A stretch of 64,000 bases of DNA from Octopus sinensis (lineage: Eukaryota), in NCBI RefSeq assembly GCF_006345805.1, contig NC_043008.1:32798001-32862000 (forward strand), in the 5' to 3' direction. The number at the start of each line of letters is the position of its first letter. The stretch's first letter is position 1. This document shows positions 27,325-41,599 of the stretch, one piece after another. The translations under genes were made by a program, and so were the position numbers. The notes under the pieces are model-generated. The model was not told the DNA's origin. It worked only from the letters and a program-made list of their open reading frames with translations, and ran no database searches.

Positions 27325-29533
27325 GCATACATACATACACACACACACGTAACGGCAGACGAAATACCGCAGGACTGAATCAGAATCTGACTTGAAAAAT
27401 CGATGCAGATGACGCCTAGCCTTAATTTATTCGGGTTTCTCACTAGCAAAGGGAAGAATCGCCTGTTAGGTACGAATGTTTGCATCAACAGTAATTGAAC
27501 TCTCATCAAAGACATCCAATAACCATCAGATAAGCTAAGCTGCGTGCGTATACAGTTAGGTGAATAATTTAGAAGAAAACCACAGCTAGCTCGATAATAA
27601 TTGGTAAAATACACCGAAAAAGATAAAATCTTGGCATTAAATAATCTTGAAAGCGCAAAACTTGAGTAGCATTTTTTCTACATTCCCTCTTCTCCCGCCA
27701 CGATCCCACATACACACGCACACACACACACACTAATTAGAATGTAGATTCTCTTCATTGGTTAGATATTAGCTTTGAAATCTATTTTGTGGAAGTTTTT
27801 ATTTTTCTTCTTTTGTTCAGATAAGTTGTAATCTGAAAATAGAAATGTCAAGATAAATATTATAAAATAAATGAGGTTTACAGATTTAACCAAAGGAAAG
27901 ATGATTGATAGGATCAGTCTCATCGTAGTTAGAGAATTTTAATAAGAACCAAAAGTTCCACTGTCCATACTGAACCGTTTGGGAAATAATTTATTCATCA
28001 ATTATATATATAGGATCGATTTACCCACCAAATAAATTACACTTGAACCGGATTACAATAAAGGTTCAAGACTGTCGATAATATTATTCTTAATAAGTTC
28101 ATTTCTTGGTACATCCTTAATAGAACAGGTCTATAGTCAAAGAAGTTCCTGCCGTGTCAGATATGATGTAAATAAAACTACATTAGTCAATGGTAGATAC
28201 GTCAACTTTTTGCACTCCTTACAACAACAAAACTTATTGACAGCCAACTTGATTAGCTACAACATTTGTCATTGATCTAGACCTTTACTAGTTTTCGCTG
28301 ATTCCATAATTGACCTTGACATTATCCAATTGTACCCTTCCATTTTTAAGATGTTATAGTGTGCCTGGATAGAGCGAGTATTATCTTATTATATCTAGCA
28401 GGTCAAAAAGGAACATAGTTTCTTTTCCTTGTCTCGCGTGGATACATCGTCGGTGCCTTATTGAGTTCTGTTTTGGAATAGTACTGATAGAATTTGTTAA
28501 ACAAAATCAGTTGTCAGCACTTCAATGATGGCCCCCAAAGTAGAAACTGAATTCAACACAATGATCTCACAAAACACTTGTCAATTAAACAGTGTTACAG
28601 TTGCTTACAACTGTGAGTTAAAAACTGTTTTATATTACCTATAGTTTTTATGGCTTGTATGAAATCTAACAAGCTATGTAGCATATCTAAAAAGAGTCAG
28701 CATAAAATGTTGAGCGTGTGTTTAATGTTGGATTCATTTGCTAAAAACATAATCTGGCAATTAAACATAGTTATAGATTATATATGAAAGGAAAATAAGA
28801 GAAATAACTCAATGTGGTCTATGACCATATATTTGACCAACAAAAACGAATAAGGGTACATTAAATACTATAATAGGTTATTGATTAAAATTATCTCCGC
28901 TTCCAGGAATAGTAATACAGCCACTTTACTGTGATTGAGACCAATGAGGAAATGAGATAATCTAAAGAGTCAACAGTTCGCCAAAGTCGACAAGCCATTC
29001 AGGAAAAAATCTGATTGTCTCAAGAAAGTTGTGGACAGGGTTTTCTACCTTCACAAGCCTCATGAGAATTTCCTCTTTCAAGACAATTTTCACAATGTAT
29101 TATTTTCCCATGTCCGAGTGTACACGTACAAGTTCAATATGACTGTACATAAATGTATTTCCTTCAACGCAGACTTAATGCACCTCTAATTAATTAATTC
29201 CATCCCCATAAAGCTTTTCGCTCATCAGCAAATGTACCATTTGCGAATCTAATATAAGAACGAACAGCTCTTACTGGAAATGAATACCGGTTTGTTATAC
29301 AAAGCAGATGGAGCTTAATGACACAGGGGCACGTGGATCTTTGTCTGTTGATGTATTGTCTGTAAGGGGAGTTTCTTTCGAGACATCTTGTGCAACGTGT
29401 TGTCTTTCCATGTCCGTGCATACACGAACACTAAACATGATTGTACAAAACTAATATATGTGTACATGTATGTATACACACAGACATATACACACACATA
29501 TATGAATACCTATGCGTCTGTATCTATATTAAC

Positions 29534-29573
<40 letters not shown>

Positions 29574-29576
29574 ATG

Positions 29577-29629
<53 letters not shown>

Positions 29630-30009
29630 TCTAAGTCACGTCCCTATTTCATTATGTCGGCTACGGCTCAATGATACGAACTTGCAACAGCAGTTTTTGG
29701 GGTTGTATCGAGCTGTGCCAGTATAATGTAGGATAATAATAATAATGATAATAATAATAAAATTTCCATGCTTACTCAGGACGGGTGATGTCACCTTCCA
29801 CTCCAAAGATTTTGTCCATGCAATATTAGTTTTGACAGGGAAAAATTAAAATCAGATACCTTTTGAACGCATCTCGTAAATACTTGGGTCAATAGAATCG
29901 CCTAAATCCTTGAACTCGGTGACCCAGCATGGCCACAGATTGAGCCCAATAAAAGTAATGTGAGTATTAACTTGTTATAATACAAATATCAAAATGATCA
30001 AAGGTCTTT

Positions 30010-30242
30010 CTCGATCCATCGGCTCATAAGGCTGGTGTCCCGGATACTTTGACGTATATATTCCTCGTTGGATGGGTCGCATGTTCTTCGCAGAATTACT
30101 CATTTTTGCCAGCCGCGTGAATGGAAACAACGTGAAATGAAGTGCATTGCTCAAGAATACAACAGATTTCTCAGTCCAGGAATCGAAACGACAATCTTTT
30201 GATCATGAGTACAACACCCTAACCACTAAGCCACGTACCTCC
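30010..30242 (-). mobile_element. tRNA-derived SINE family C
   Basis: Minus head ggaggtacgtggcttagtggttagggtgttg..gtttcgattcctgg..ttgagcaatgcacttcatttcacgttg; related plus-strand copies near 16735-16870 and 50075-50300. Confidence 0.65.
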
Positions 30243-30613
30243 ATTTACACGTGCGTGCGCACACGCACACACACACACACGCATAGTAATGTGCATTAAT
30301 ATGACAGGCTAAATTTAAATATGTTTGTAACATATAAACCAAAGTAATATATTTATAGTATATGGCTCTGAGTGCAGCATGGATTATGTTGGATTAATTT
30401 CGTTTAAATAACATACCGAACTTTTATACTCTGGATAATTGAGAAAGAGAGGTTAAATGTTGCTATTAGGTCATACTCGCGTGGTATCATCACCTCATTG
30501 TTGTATCACCACTACATAAGCAACTGAAATGTCGGCGCCAACGAAGGAGCTTGCGCAGTCGCTTGACCTTCTAAAATTAGTAACTAAATATCTGAAACTG
30601 AAATAATAATAAT

Positions 30614-31186
30614 CCTTTCCACTTTAGGCTCAAGGCCTGAAATTTTGGAGGAGGGGGCTATTGTCTTATCAAAAAGCAAAGTCGATCTCGGGGGAATTTG
30701 GACTTAGAGCGTAGCAGCAGACGAAATACCTATTTCTTTACCACCCACAAGGGGCTAAACACAGAGAGGACAAACAAGGACAGACAAACGAATTAAGTCG
30801 ATTATATCGACCCTTGTGCGTAACTGGTTCTTATTTAATCAACCCCGAAAGGATGAAAGGCAAAGTCGACCTCGGCGGAATTTGAACTCAGAACGTAGCG
30901 GCAGACGAAATACCGCTAAGCATTTCGCCCGGCGTGCTAACGATTCTGCCAGTTCGCCGCCTTCTAATAATTATCATTTCAAATTTTTGACTCAAAGGTA
31001 GCATGGTGGAAGGGATTAAGTCGATTACTTCGACTCCAGTGCGTAACTGGTACTTATTTAATCGACGCCGAAAGGATGAAAGGCAAAGTTGAAATCGGTA
31101 GAATTCGAACTCAGAACGTAAAGACGGGCGAAATACTGCTAAGCATTTCGGCCAGCGTGCTAACGATTCTGCCAGCTTGTCGCCTT
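30614..31186 (-). mobile_element. SINE family A dimer plus monomer
   Basis: Heads end at 30963 and 31186. Confidence 0.8.
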
Positions 31187-31187
31187 C

Positions 31188-31189
<2 letters not shown>

Positions 31190-31247
<58 letters not shown>

Positions 31248-31427
31248 TAATAATAATAATAATAATGAGGAGGAGGAGGAGGAGAAGAAGAAGAAGAAGA
31301 AGAAGAAGAAGAAGAAAAGAAGAAGAAGAAGAAGAAGAAGAAGAAGAAGAAGAAGAAGAGAAGAAGAAGAAGAAGAAGAAGAAGAAGAAGAAGAAGAAGA
31401 AGAAGAAGAAGAAGAAGAAGAAGAAGA
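31190..31427. repeat. (AAT)n(GAG)n(AAG)n
   Basis: Directly visible. Confidence 0.95.
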
Positions 31428-31843
31428 ATCCTTGCCTTCATCTTTCTCGGATCATTAAAATAAATACAAATCGTCGTCTCAACCACCGCCGCTGCCATCG
31501 TCACTTTTGTCGTTATTGTTCTTTAGCTTTGTGCTAGCCTTGATCGAGTAGATCTATGGTTCACAGGAATTTCAACGCTGAACGTCCAACGTAGAGGTAA
31601 CTCAAGACTGTTACTGTGGTTGTCGTCGTTGTTATTTAGCACCAGGTCAGCTCTAAATGAGCAGACTTATGATTAAAACCATTCCAGCCATTGCTCTGGT
31701 TTTTTTCTTTCGGACATTGTTTTTTTAGAAATTAGTCAAAGAGAAAAGACCAGCGGGTGTAACCCTCTGTTTTCTAATGGTCCCTCTAAAACTTGCTGGA
31801 AGAAATTAAAACGTTATCGTCAAACTGGAGAATTAATGTTGAT

Positions 31844-32079
31844 CAGTGGTTCATATGACCTTTGAGGAGCCCATAAAAGAATTTTGGGTAAAATTTATCT
31901 GCAATGAATTGCTTATACTTTTACAATACACAAAATATTTTAACATTTTTTTAAATACCTATTAATATTTAATAATAAAAATACAATAGGACTTTTTAAA
32001 CACTGAATGGCTATGGGCTCCGCCAGAGTAAAATAAGAATCAAAGGGTAACCATAGATAAAAATGGTTGAGAAGCACTT
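31844..32079. mobile_element. Related, more decayed hAT-type MITE
   Basis: cagtggttc...gaatggctatggg...ccag.gtaaaata...atcaaaggg...atagataaaaatggttgagaagcact, homologous to the 56892 element. Confidence 0.65.
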
Positions 32080-32756
32080 ATGTACGCAGAACCTGTAGAA
32101 GGTGTTATTGAAGCTACAACCTTTTATGTCCTAATTACAAACCCTGTAGATGTTGCCTTTCCCTTTCATTTTTCCAAGGACGATAACGTAAAGTTAGTTA
32201 TTGGGAACCGTTTATGCGGCCATATATTCTCCAGTGATTCCCAATGCGGGGAATACAAAAGAGTCAGTGAATACTTTGTGCAAAATGAAAACTACCAACG
32301 GGTGGTTATATGGTGAAGTTGAAATGAAATACTGTAAGATTACCATTTCGCCAAAAGAGCTTTTGATTCACTTTCCCACGTTTTCTTTGGTTGAATGTAA
32401 CTTAAGTGCTGTTGATGATTTGCTTCGAGCCAACAGAAGCAAACTTGAAATTACAAAACGTGGCGATTTACAGCTGAAGCTAACAAAATTGTCTCCTCGA
32501 ATCAAGAAAATCTGCCGTAGTCGCCGGGCACAAGGTTCTCAGTAAAGTGATTCACTTTTGTTTTTTCTGAGTCAATAATTTTTGTTGTACTCAGTGCTTA
32601 ATAAAAGAGTTACTGGTAGATTCTTTGGTATTAAATAATTGTGATAAAATATTCAAAATAAAGTTGGTTTTTCTTCAACATACATTTTGAAATGGGGCAT
32701 ACATTTTTTTGAATAGTTATAGTGGGACCTGGGGGGAAATAGGTTGGGAAACGCTG
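32080..32756 (+). mobile_element. hAT (Charlie-like) transposon 3' remnant with dimerisation-domain coding sequence and right TIR
   Basis: LLIHFPTFSLVECNLSAVDDLLRANRSKLEITKRGDLQLKLTKLSPRIKKICRSRRAQGSQ* resembles Charlie/ZBED-type C-termini; terminus gttgggaaacgctg at 32756. Confidence 0.75.
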
Positions 32757-33544
32757 ATCTAAACAGTATTATATTTATTATCATTAAAGTGGCGAGTAGG
32801 CAGAATCGTTGAACAAAACGCTTAGCGATATTTCTTCTGGTTCTTTAAGCTCTGAGCTCAAATTCCGCCGATGTCGAAAAAATAAGTACCAATTGAATGT
32901 TGGAGTCCATGTGTTGACAAGCCCTCCACCACCACCCTAAAATTTCTGGTTTTGTGCTAAAATCGGAATTGTTTATTTTTTTATTTTATTTTGTCATGAC
33001 GTAGGCAGTCAAAAGAGGACAAATAGTGCCCATTGCTTTTTCGGAGTCTCAGAAACTGGTGAGAGGAAGTTACCCACCGAACGGCAACCTCACCCAAATG
33101 CTTACAACAGACTTTACCCACTAAAAGCACCTAAAATCCAGATTTTATTTAATTCAGGGATTTTCAAGTCAATGATACAGGCCAATCAATATCGAGCTGG
33201 TGTCAAGCAATAATAATTAGTCAAAATTGTCAGCATCAATGAAGGCGAATAAAACGACTATGTGTGTATATGTATGCTTGTATGTGTGCATATGTATGTA
33301 TGTGTGTATATATATGTTAGTATGTGTATAAGTATGCATGTATGTGGGTATGTTTATGCATGTATGTGTGTGTGTGAGAGAGGGAAATGAAAAGTGTTAG
33401 TGGATGTAAGTGTATGTGAGCCAAAAGAGTATTTTCGGATTAACCAGACTTTAGATAACACCTACTAATCGATGTTCTTAATCTTCTATTTATGTCAATC
33501 TTCGAACACACGTTTTTATCATGCTTGATGCAAATAATTTCAAC

Positions 33545-33609
33545 TTTTCCCTTTTCTCCTCACACATTCTCTTTTTAATAGATATACTCTCTCTCCCTCA
33601 CCCTCTCTT

Positions 33610-33640
<31 letters not shown>

Positions 33641-33694
33641 ATCATCCCCTTTCTCTTTCACTCTCTCGTCCTCTTACAGTCATCTTCTTTCTCT

Positions 33695-33736
<42 letters not shown>

Positions 33737-33834
33737 AGACGTTCTCTTTCCTCCTTTCACAAAGTCATCTCTCTCCCTCACTATCTCTGTCCCTCTCTCG
33801 CCCTCTTACAATCATCCTCTTTCTCCCTTTTCTC

Positions 33835-33883
<49 letters not shown>

Positions 33884-34081
33884 GACGGTCTCTTTGCCTC
33901 TTTCACACAGTTATCTCTCTCACTGTCACTCTCACTTTTCGCTCTCTTACAGTCATCCCCTTTCTCACTTTTCTCTCTCTTTCGCTTTCTTACATGCGTT
34001 CTCTTTCCTTCTTTTTCTCTCTCTTTCACAGTCATCATCTCTCTCTTTCACACAGTCATCCTCTTCCTATCTGACTGACAG

Positions 34082-34115
<34 letters not shown>

Positions 34116-34270
34116 CCACTATCTCTCTCTTACTCTTTTTCTATCTTCCTCTCTCTTGTACAGTCATCTTCTTTCCCGCTATCTTTCTTCATCTCCTCCC
34201 TTTTGTCTCTTACCCTTATCATCTTTATCTTTATCTCCTTTTCATAGCTACTTTAGCTTTTCCTTTTCCT

Positions 34271-34311
<41 letters not shown>

Positions 34312-34545
34312 ATAATTATTTCCCTCTTTTTATCATCTTTTCTCTGTTTTTGTCTAACTCTCTTTCAATTCACCTTCTCTCTTTTCCTTTCAACTACTCT
34401 CCTTTCCCTCCCTCATTCTCTCTCTTCTCTCTTCTTCCACTCTTTCTCTCTCCTCTCTCCCCTCTCTCTCACTTTTTTTCCCTTTCCATCTCTTCTTTTT
34501 CTCTCTATTTCCTCTCTCTCTTTCTATCTCTCTGTCTCCCCCACG
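33545..34545. repeat. ~1-kb polypyrimidine (CT-rich) tract with embedded recurring units
   Basis: Recurrent ttacagtcatc / cagacg(g/t)tctcttt motifs between (CT)n runs. Confidence 0.85.
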
Positions 34546-35434
34546 TGTCTATGAACCAATGGCAGTAGCATAATGTAAAATTAATATTTTCTAATAATCA
34601 CTGTCTTTCAGTGAATGCCCTCTAAGATACTTCTGTGTGTGTGTGTTTGGTTTATCCAATTACTAGAGAGATCAATAATCCTGGCCTTCATAGAATTCCC
34701 ACTCTCTCCTGAAGCAGTTGAGATTGATCATAGTAACTCTCTGCCTAAGCTGTGGCAGCACTCGTTGACGATAGGACAAGCATGAACAGTGAGCAAATTG
34801 CTAGAACTGACCTTTTGGGTTAGGAAGAACTGGAGGGCCAGGGGAATTGGTTTCTGACATAAGTGATGAGAAGAGCAGTGACGAGAGAGTCGACAGAGCT
34901 CGAATAGAAGAGTCACAAACACTCATTATCAGTTTCATTTGCTCTCTGTCTGTCTGTCTCTGTCTCTCCCCCTCTCCCATAAATGCAATGTAAATAATTT
35001 TTTCCCGTTAGAAACCTACAAAAATGACGGTCTTGTTCATCAAATGCGACATGAAATAAAATCATATTAAATAAGTAATACAATTTTACAGAAGTCCGCA
35101 ATTATTTGTTTTACCTTGCCTTGCGCGGTATTACGAAAGTGCGTCTTACGTAGTCGTTCCATGTGCTAAAACTTGCAGCCAAATTTTCCTTGCTTCAAAC
35201 AGGATGCATTAGATAATGAACTCGAAAATACACTATCTGATAAAACGATTTGAAGGCCATAGCTGGAAATTCTCCGATCATTGGTTTATACAAACAGGCC
35301 GCTAGGGTCAAACGGCAACTTTCTTATTACTGCAGCTTCTTCAGATGCTTTATCTCAGTAATAGTGTCAACTTTTCCCTAAAATATCTGGCATTCTTGAG
35401 TATAATTTTCAATATTAACTCTGATACGTACTTA

Positions 35435-36050
35435 ATACATTCTGGCCGGTTTGAAAATGTTAATCGTTGTTGTATTTTGACGAATGTGTGTTTATAACAT
35501 ACTCAATTCCTTGGAATAAGGGGACTTTGTTACACTCGAAGTTTCGACCTTATTGCCAAAGCTACATCGCACTAATGAACTTAACGAGTTTGGCTCTTAT
35601 GTATACATTCAGTAAACAAATTATGTTGCTAATGCGTGCAGTTACCTGCTTATACGATAACAGAACGATGACATGTATTCATTCTTAATACGTTCTGGCA
35701 GATTTGAATGTGAAAATGTTAATCTCTGTCGTATTTCATCATTAGTTAATAACTTCTCTTTTTAGATGATTATGTATTCACAACACACTCGATTCATAAG
35801 AGTAAGGTTACTTTAGGACATGTTTCGACCTTGCTGCGTTTCCTCAGCCAAAGCTACTTCGGACTAATGAATCAAACAAAAGATTTTAGCTCTTGTTTGG
35901 CAGATGTGTATGTCAACCTCCTGGTTCTCGCTGTTCAACGTGTGCATCACGATTTAACTCTGGCTTCGTGTTTCTCAAAAACACTTTTACTTGTATCTTG
36001 CCATTCTAAGGACTTTTACAATAGGAATGATTGCAAACGAGCAGATGTGG
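35435..36050 (-). mobile_element. Decayed Penelope-like remnant: possible GIY-YIG C-terminus, HHR-like motif (35810-35854) and an older tandem duplicate of the HHR region
   Basis: Minus strand GCUUUGG-CUGAGGA-aacgcagcaaggtc-GAAAC-AU-GUC^CUAAAGU (6-7 bp stem I, palindromic ACAUGU, stem II decayed). Upstream frameshifted translation FAIIPIVKV...VFLRNTKPELN. Blocks 35435-35590 and 35686-35880 are homologous. Confidence 0.45.
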
Positions 36051-36519
36051 GAGCTTCTGCTTGGAAGTGCTAAAATCTCAAACTACATTCTACCACCAAA
36101 AAAAAGGGACATATGTGCTCCAGAGTACATATTCCCGTAGAAAATCATTGACTGGTCATGGCTGGAAAGCCTTTCTTTTAATCATATGTTTACTGAATCA
36201 AAAATCATCGATTATTCATCATCGTGATTTTAGTACTTATTCCTTTAGCGTACGTTCAAATTCCAACATCGTACCGGTTTTCCAAAACCAGTAATAACAT
36301 GCGTGTCATCAGTTGATTCTAATTCTATATCAAACGAAATTCGCCAAGAAATAACTAAAACATTAGTCACAGACACGCTTACTAATATACACATGGCCTG
36401 AGTTGGTGGATAAAACAAACTATAGACCTTAAGAAACATAAACATGTTACATACATACATATATGTGTATATAGATGTGTGGGTGTATGTGCGAACATAC
36501 ACACACACACATATGTGTA

Positions 36520-36743
36520 TATGTGTGTGTGTGCTTTGAACTGTTATCCCTACACATGTCCTCTCTCCGTTTCTTTTTTCTTTTACGTTCTCCCTCCATT
36601 TTTGCCTATCAGTCCTTTCTGTCGAAGAGTGTAGTCTCGAAACGTCAATGACTTTTCCATTCTTCCCGAGCGTCGAAGAATTATATCTGCTTGCTGTTCT
36701 CTCACCTGTCTTCGTCTTTTGTTTTCTGTAGATTTGAATTATG

Positions 36744-36745
<2 letters not shown>
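36520..36745 (+). mobile_element. Short microsatellite-flanked element with HHR-like motif (36611-36653)
   Basis: agtccttt-CTGTCGA-A-GAG[tgtagt]CTC-GAAAC-GTC-aatgact...cccgagcgtc, ending in (TA)n; A6 of the core is U. Confidence 0.5.
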
Positions 36746-36775
<30 letters not shown>

Positions 36776-37392
36776 CACACATACATGCATATGTATTTGA
36801 CATGGGCGATTCTTTCTTGTCTTGGGATTCACGGTCAAACGGCTGGGTGGAATTGCGCAAAAAATGATACAGATGTGTAGAATGATCCGGTGGCGTTGCT
36901 GAGCTTTGTATTTTTCATAGCTTCCATGGTTACCGAGATAATCTACTATAATAATACTCTTGTGTTTATGAATGAGAAAGGAAGGGGTGATAGATGAATA
37001 AGGAAGGAAGCGGTGATGTCATACTTGGTAGTGGGACGATGAAAATTGTATGCTGAAAAAATTAATCAAACAGCATTTCAACTCTGTGTGAATATATGTG
37101 TGTGTATGTAAAAGGGGGTATGTAAATTTGTGTGTGAGTGTGCGTGTGTGCGTGTAATGGAAGTAGGATGGTTCACCTTTATTCACTTAGTATTTGGGTT
37201 TATATTTTGATTTGGCTGAATCTTGGTCGTTTTTTTTTTTTGGTCAGTTATTTTTAGCGTTTTGGCAGAAAAGAAGTCATTCTAAAGTTGTTTTTTAACG
37301 TAAGTATGACCAAGCAAGTCGAATGCCTACACAGAGCAGGTTTTACAGCCACATCATCCAAACCGACCGGATGAAACTGGGCTTAGCTGCTA

Positions 37393-37476
<84 letters not shown>

Positions 37477-37568
37477 AGCTTACTGATAATAGTACTAAAA
37501 TAAAATTTAAGACAAGCTAAGTGTAGATCAAGAATTTGAACTGACCAGACAGGGCAATTCAATCTTTA

Positions 37569-37635
<67 letters not shown>

Positions 37636-38043
37636 TTATCTATCTCTATACACCCCCACCCCCCACACACTTTTGTAAAGAGTGTAGCTTTTGAAAAAAA
37701 AACTATACTTAATGTTGTTTTAAATCAAGTAAGCACATCGTTTTGAGGGAAATAAATGTCAAATGTATAAAAAGAAAAATCTGTTATGTTTACAAACAGG
37801 ATAGATAATGATAAACAGATAGCAATTAAGAAACTTTTTTTTATTACTGAACAACTTAACTATAACTACTACAGAAGCCATATATACATTAACAACTAGC
37901 CTCTCATAAATCTTAGCAGCCAAATTTTAACGTACTGCGTATTATGAAACACATCTACACATAAGGGATTGTGGGTGTGATTGTAAACACACACTCACGC
38001 CCCCCATATATAATATATATATTCTATATATGTGTATATATAT

Positions 38044-38116
<73 letters not shown>

Positions 38117-38140
38117 TATAATATATATACCTATACATAC

Positions 38141-38184
<44 letters not shown>

Positions 38185-41038
38185 TATGTCTGAAAGAAGT
38201 AACAGCACGAAGCTCCAGTGAGCCGACTTAATGTGTGTGGTGCGTATGTGTGTGCATATATGTGTATATATGTATTTGTGTATATGTGTAAGTCTAGGTG
38301 CTTATGTGTTTATATATATATGTAACATATATATGTAACACACACACCACACATACACACATATATATATACACACACACTCACGTTTATGTATTTCTAT
38401 GTAGGTATACGTGTTTGTGGACGTGTGTATGACAGACACACAGAGACAAATAGCAGCGATTAGCCAAAAGTTATGCTAGGCTTACGACCAGCTTAGCTTT
38501 TGTCAAGAAAATAAATATATTCCAGCTCATCAATTTTTCCAATACTTTTCCATTTATTTAGAATAGATAGAGGCAATATGAAAGTTTATATAGATTTTAT
38601 TTACGGTAATATAATTGGTAATTTGCTCGTTGCTTATGATATAATCTGAGATATAGATTCGATATTATAGGGCTGTAGATAAATGCTAGATATTCCAAGA
38701 ACTATAAATAACGTCCTTATATACATAGCCTCTGATAATGTCGACCTTTGCATAGAGAATGCAGTGATGTCCATAGATAAATTTCAACTTATTGATGTAT
38801 ATTTTGCAAACCATGAAATAGGTGCACGGAGTCTGCAACAGTCGACTTGGCAAACAAGGGGCTAAGTAAACAGGAATAGACTATAGGTACTGACTGGACT
38901 GACATAGGCTGTGATATTGGAGCAGGTATCCACAGGTTACGAGTGTTGCCTCAATTAACACAGGAAGCTAGTACCGATGACAGACACATGCTGCAGACTT
39001 AGGTCGGGTAAAGAGAATCTGGCCGTTCCATAGGCTGAAACGGAATATGACTAAAGCAGGGTGCGGGAGACGTACATGATCCAAGAAATCAAAGAATGCT
39101 GTTGTTGTTGTTCTTTAGACAGAGGTCAGCCCTCATTGGACACCACCTCTGATCAAAGGCATTCTTGCCACGACCATCCCGTATTTCTTATGATCATAGA
39201 ATCCAGGCATGTCTGCGTGGTTAAGAAGTTTCTGGTCCAGTCCCACTGTGCCACATGTTGGGCAAGATTCTCCTAGTGTAGCCCGGGGCAAACCAGTGCC
39301 TTGTGAATGGATTTGGCAGATAAAAACTGTGTGGAAGGCTAATTGTGTGTGTATGTGAGTACGTTTTGTGTGTGTGTATATGTGTGTGTGCGTGTGTGTG
39401 TGTGTGTGCGTGCGTGTGTATGTGTGTGTGAGCCATATCACTTGATAACAGGTGTTGCTTTGTTTCTGCTGCCGTAATTAAATGTTTCGGCAAAAGAATA
39501 AGTACTAGACTGGGGTGTTTTTTTTTTATCTAGGAAGCATTTCAAGGCGGTGCCCCAGCATGACCAGTCCAGTGAGTGAAACAAGGAAAAGAAAGATCAT
39601 ATAAAGAAATGTCTTTTTTTTAATACGGTTCGGTTTGATTTGAGAAAGTTTTGGCTAATAACATTGGTAGGTCGATCTTCTCGTATGCTACGGACGTGAG
39701 CTAAGCAGTGAGTCGATGTCGCTGTTGCTTAACACAAAGTCATTCCTGATTCAGCACATCTGTGATCAGTCAATTTCGGTTGTAATCATCCATTTATACG
39801 GCTTCTGAAACGTGTTCACATTCATAGATACTTCTCTTCAACAGTAACCGAAATCCATCCCATCCACATACCCTGTGTCGAACCGCTATGGAACGAAGAC
39901 AAACCAACACCGGTTATCAAGCGGTGGGGGAGGCGAATATAAACACATGCACACACAAGCACACACGCGCGCTCGCACACATATAGTGCGGTCTCCCCCG
40001 TCAATGTCCCTACGCACACGCGCGCAGGCACATGCGTGTTTGCGTGCGTATATATATTTATATGCAATGGAAGTTGCCTATTATAATCATGGATGATGTT
40101 ACAAACTTGTCTTAATGATACATAGTGGGTTGCAAACATGGTAGGGATATATTCATATTAGATGCCTAAAGTTATCAACCGGTTAATTCTATCTAAAAGT
40201 CTCCATCTATAAAATTTATATTTATTTCATTATATTTACTACGGTTGGTATTTTGACCATATCACACGAGGAGTTATAGGCGGGCAATTTAAACTGGTTG
40301 TGTGCATACGTGAATATATATGTATGTATACGTTCGTATATGTAAGTATTCGTATGTTATGTGTATATATATGTGTATTTATGTTACTATCTGTATTTAT
40401 GCCACTGATGAGGCAAAGCATTTCTTATGTAAAGTCAGAAATCCGGGATCTGGAATTATCCAGTAATATTTTGCTAGTTCATCTTATCCTTTTGTCTTCT
40501 TTCCTGGTGCTGTATGAACATTTAATGTGATTTTAGAGACACGTTTTGGCTGCTATTTCCAGCTTGGAAGTATCTCTTAGATACTCTAAATTATAATTTT
40601 AATATATATATATATGAATAGATGAGTGTATTTTTACCTTGTTAACAATTAACACGAAGAGAAGATTGCATTGTTTATACCATTTATTCTTTTGAATAGT
40701 ATCAGTGGAATTTTCGAAACATGTGTAGAAAGTAAAAATACTTGTTTAAACCTGCGTTAACTCCATTTTTTATTCATATATATATATATATGTGTATATA
40801 TATATCGGTGTCTCAGCATGGCCACAGCTCGTAAGCTGAAACTAGATGAAAATGAAATATATATATATATATACCAATTAAGGACTGAACACGAAAAGGT
40901 GGACAGTCAACATGCTAGATATAGACGTCAAATCGCCATTCTCCACAAGGATTATGTTCTCAAATAAAAATAAAATTCAGCACGACCTAAAGCAATGGAT
41001 GAGACAAAAGAAATAAATATACTAAATGGAATAATTAC

Positions 41039-41095
41039 CTACGTACTGCAGTTTCAGCTATTAATATCACAAGGTCTGTAGCTTCATCAGCGTAG
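41039..41095 (-). ncRNA. Type I hammerhead ribozyme motif, copy 1
   Basis: Minus strand: CUACG-CUGAUGA-AGCUA[CAGACCUUGUGAUAUUAA]UAGCU-GAAAC-UGCA-GUA^CGUAG. Full core, 5-bp stem I, 5-bp stem II, 2-bp stem III with palindromic ACUGCAGU; predicted cut between plus 41044 and 41043. Confidence 0.85.
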
Positions 41096-41539
41096 TTTGT
41101 TATGAGCATAATATGCTGTACTAGATGAAAAACGGTACCGGAGTCCCGCATGCAAAAAGTACAACCTATTACGTTCGGATGTATCTTTCGAATGCCTCTA
41201 CTTTTGGCGCGCTGATAATCGAAAAACTAGCCTGCAGCCAATAATTAGCAGCAGTCAATTTATCGGTTTGAGAACATATATTTCATATTTAAAAATTAAG
41301 GGTAGAAATGATATTAGTCAATTAAAACCAGTGGTCTAGCACATTAAAAAGAATCCGAAGATTAAAATATTTATATATACCAATTAAGGACTGAACACGA
41401 AAAGGTGGACAGTCAACATGCTAGATATAGACGTCAAATCGCCATTCTCCACAAGGATTATGTTCTCAAATAAAAATAAAATTCAGCACGACCTAAAGCA
41501 ATGGATGAGACAAAAGAAAATACTAAATGGAATAATTAC

Positions 41540-41599
41540 CTACGTACTGCAGTTTCAGCTATTAATATCACAAGGATATCTGTAGCTTCATCAGCGTAG
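41540..41599 (-). ncRNA. Type I hammerhead ribozyme motif, copy 2
   Basis: Minus strand: CUACG-CUGAUGA-AGCUA[CAGAUAUCCUUGUGAUAUUAA]UAGCU-GAAAC-UGCA-GUA^CGUAG; predicted cut between plus 41545 and 41544. Confidence 0.87.

Noticed and set aside
29217-29232. CTGATGAGCGAAA on the minus strand
   Set aside because: No room for stem II/loop and no stem I/III partner; likely chance.
35315-35345. CTGAAGA...GAAAG on the minus strand
   Set aside because: No stem II or stem I pairing.
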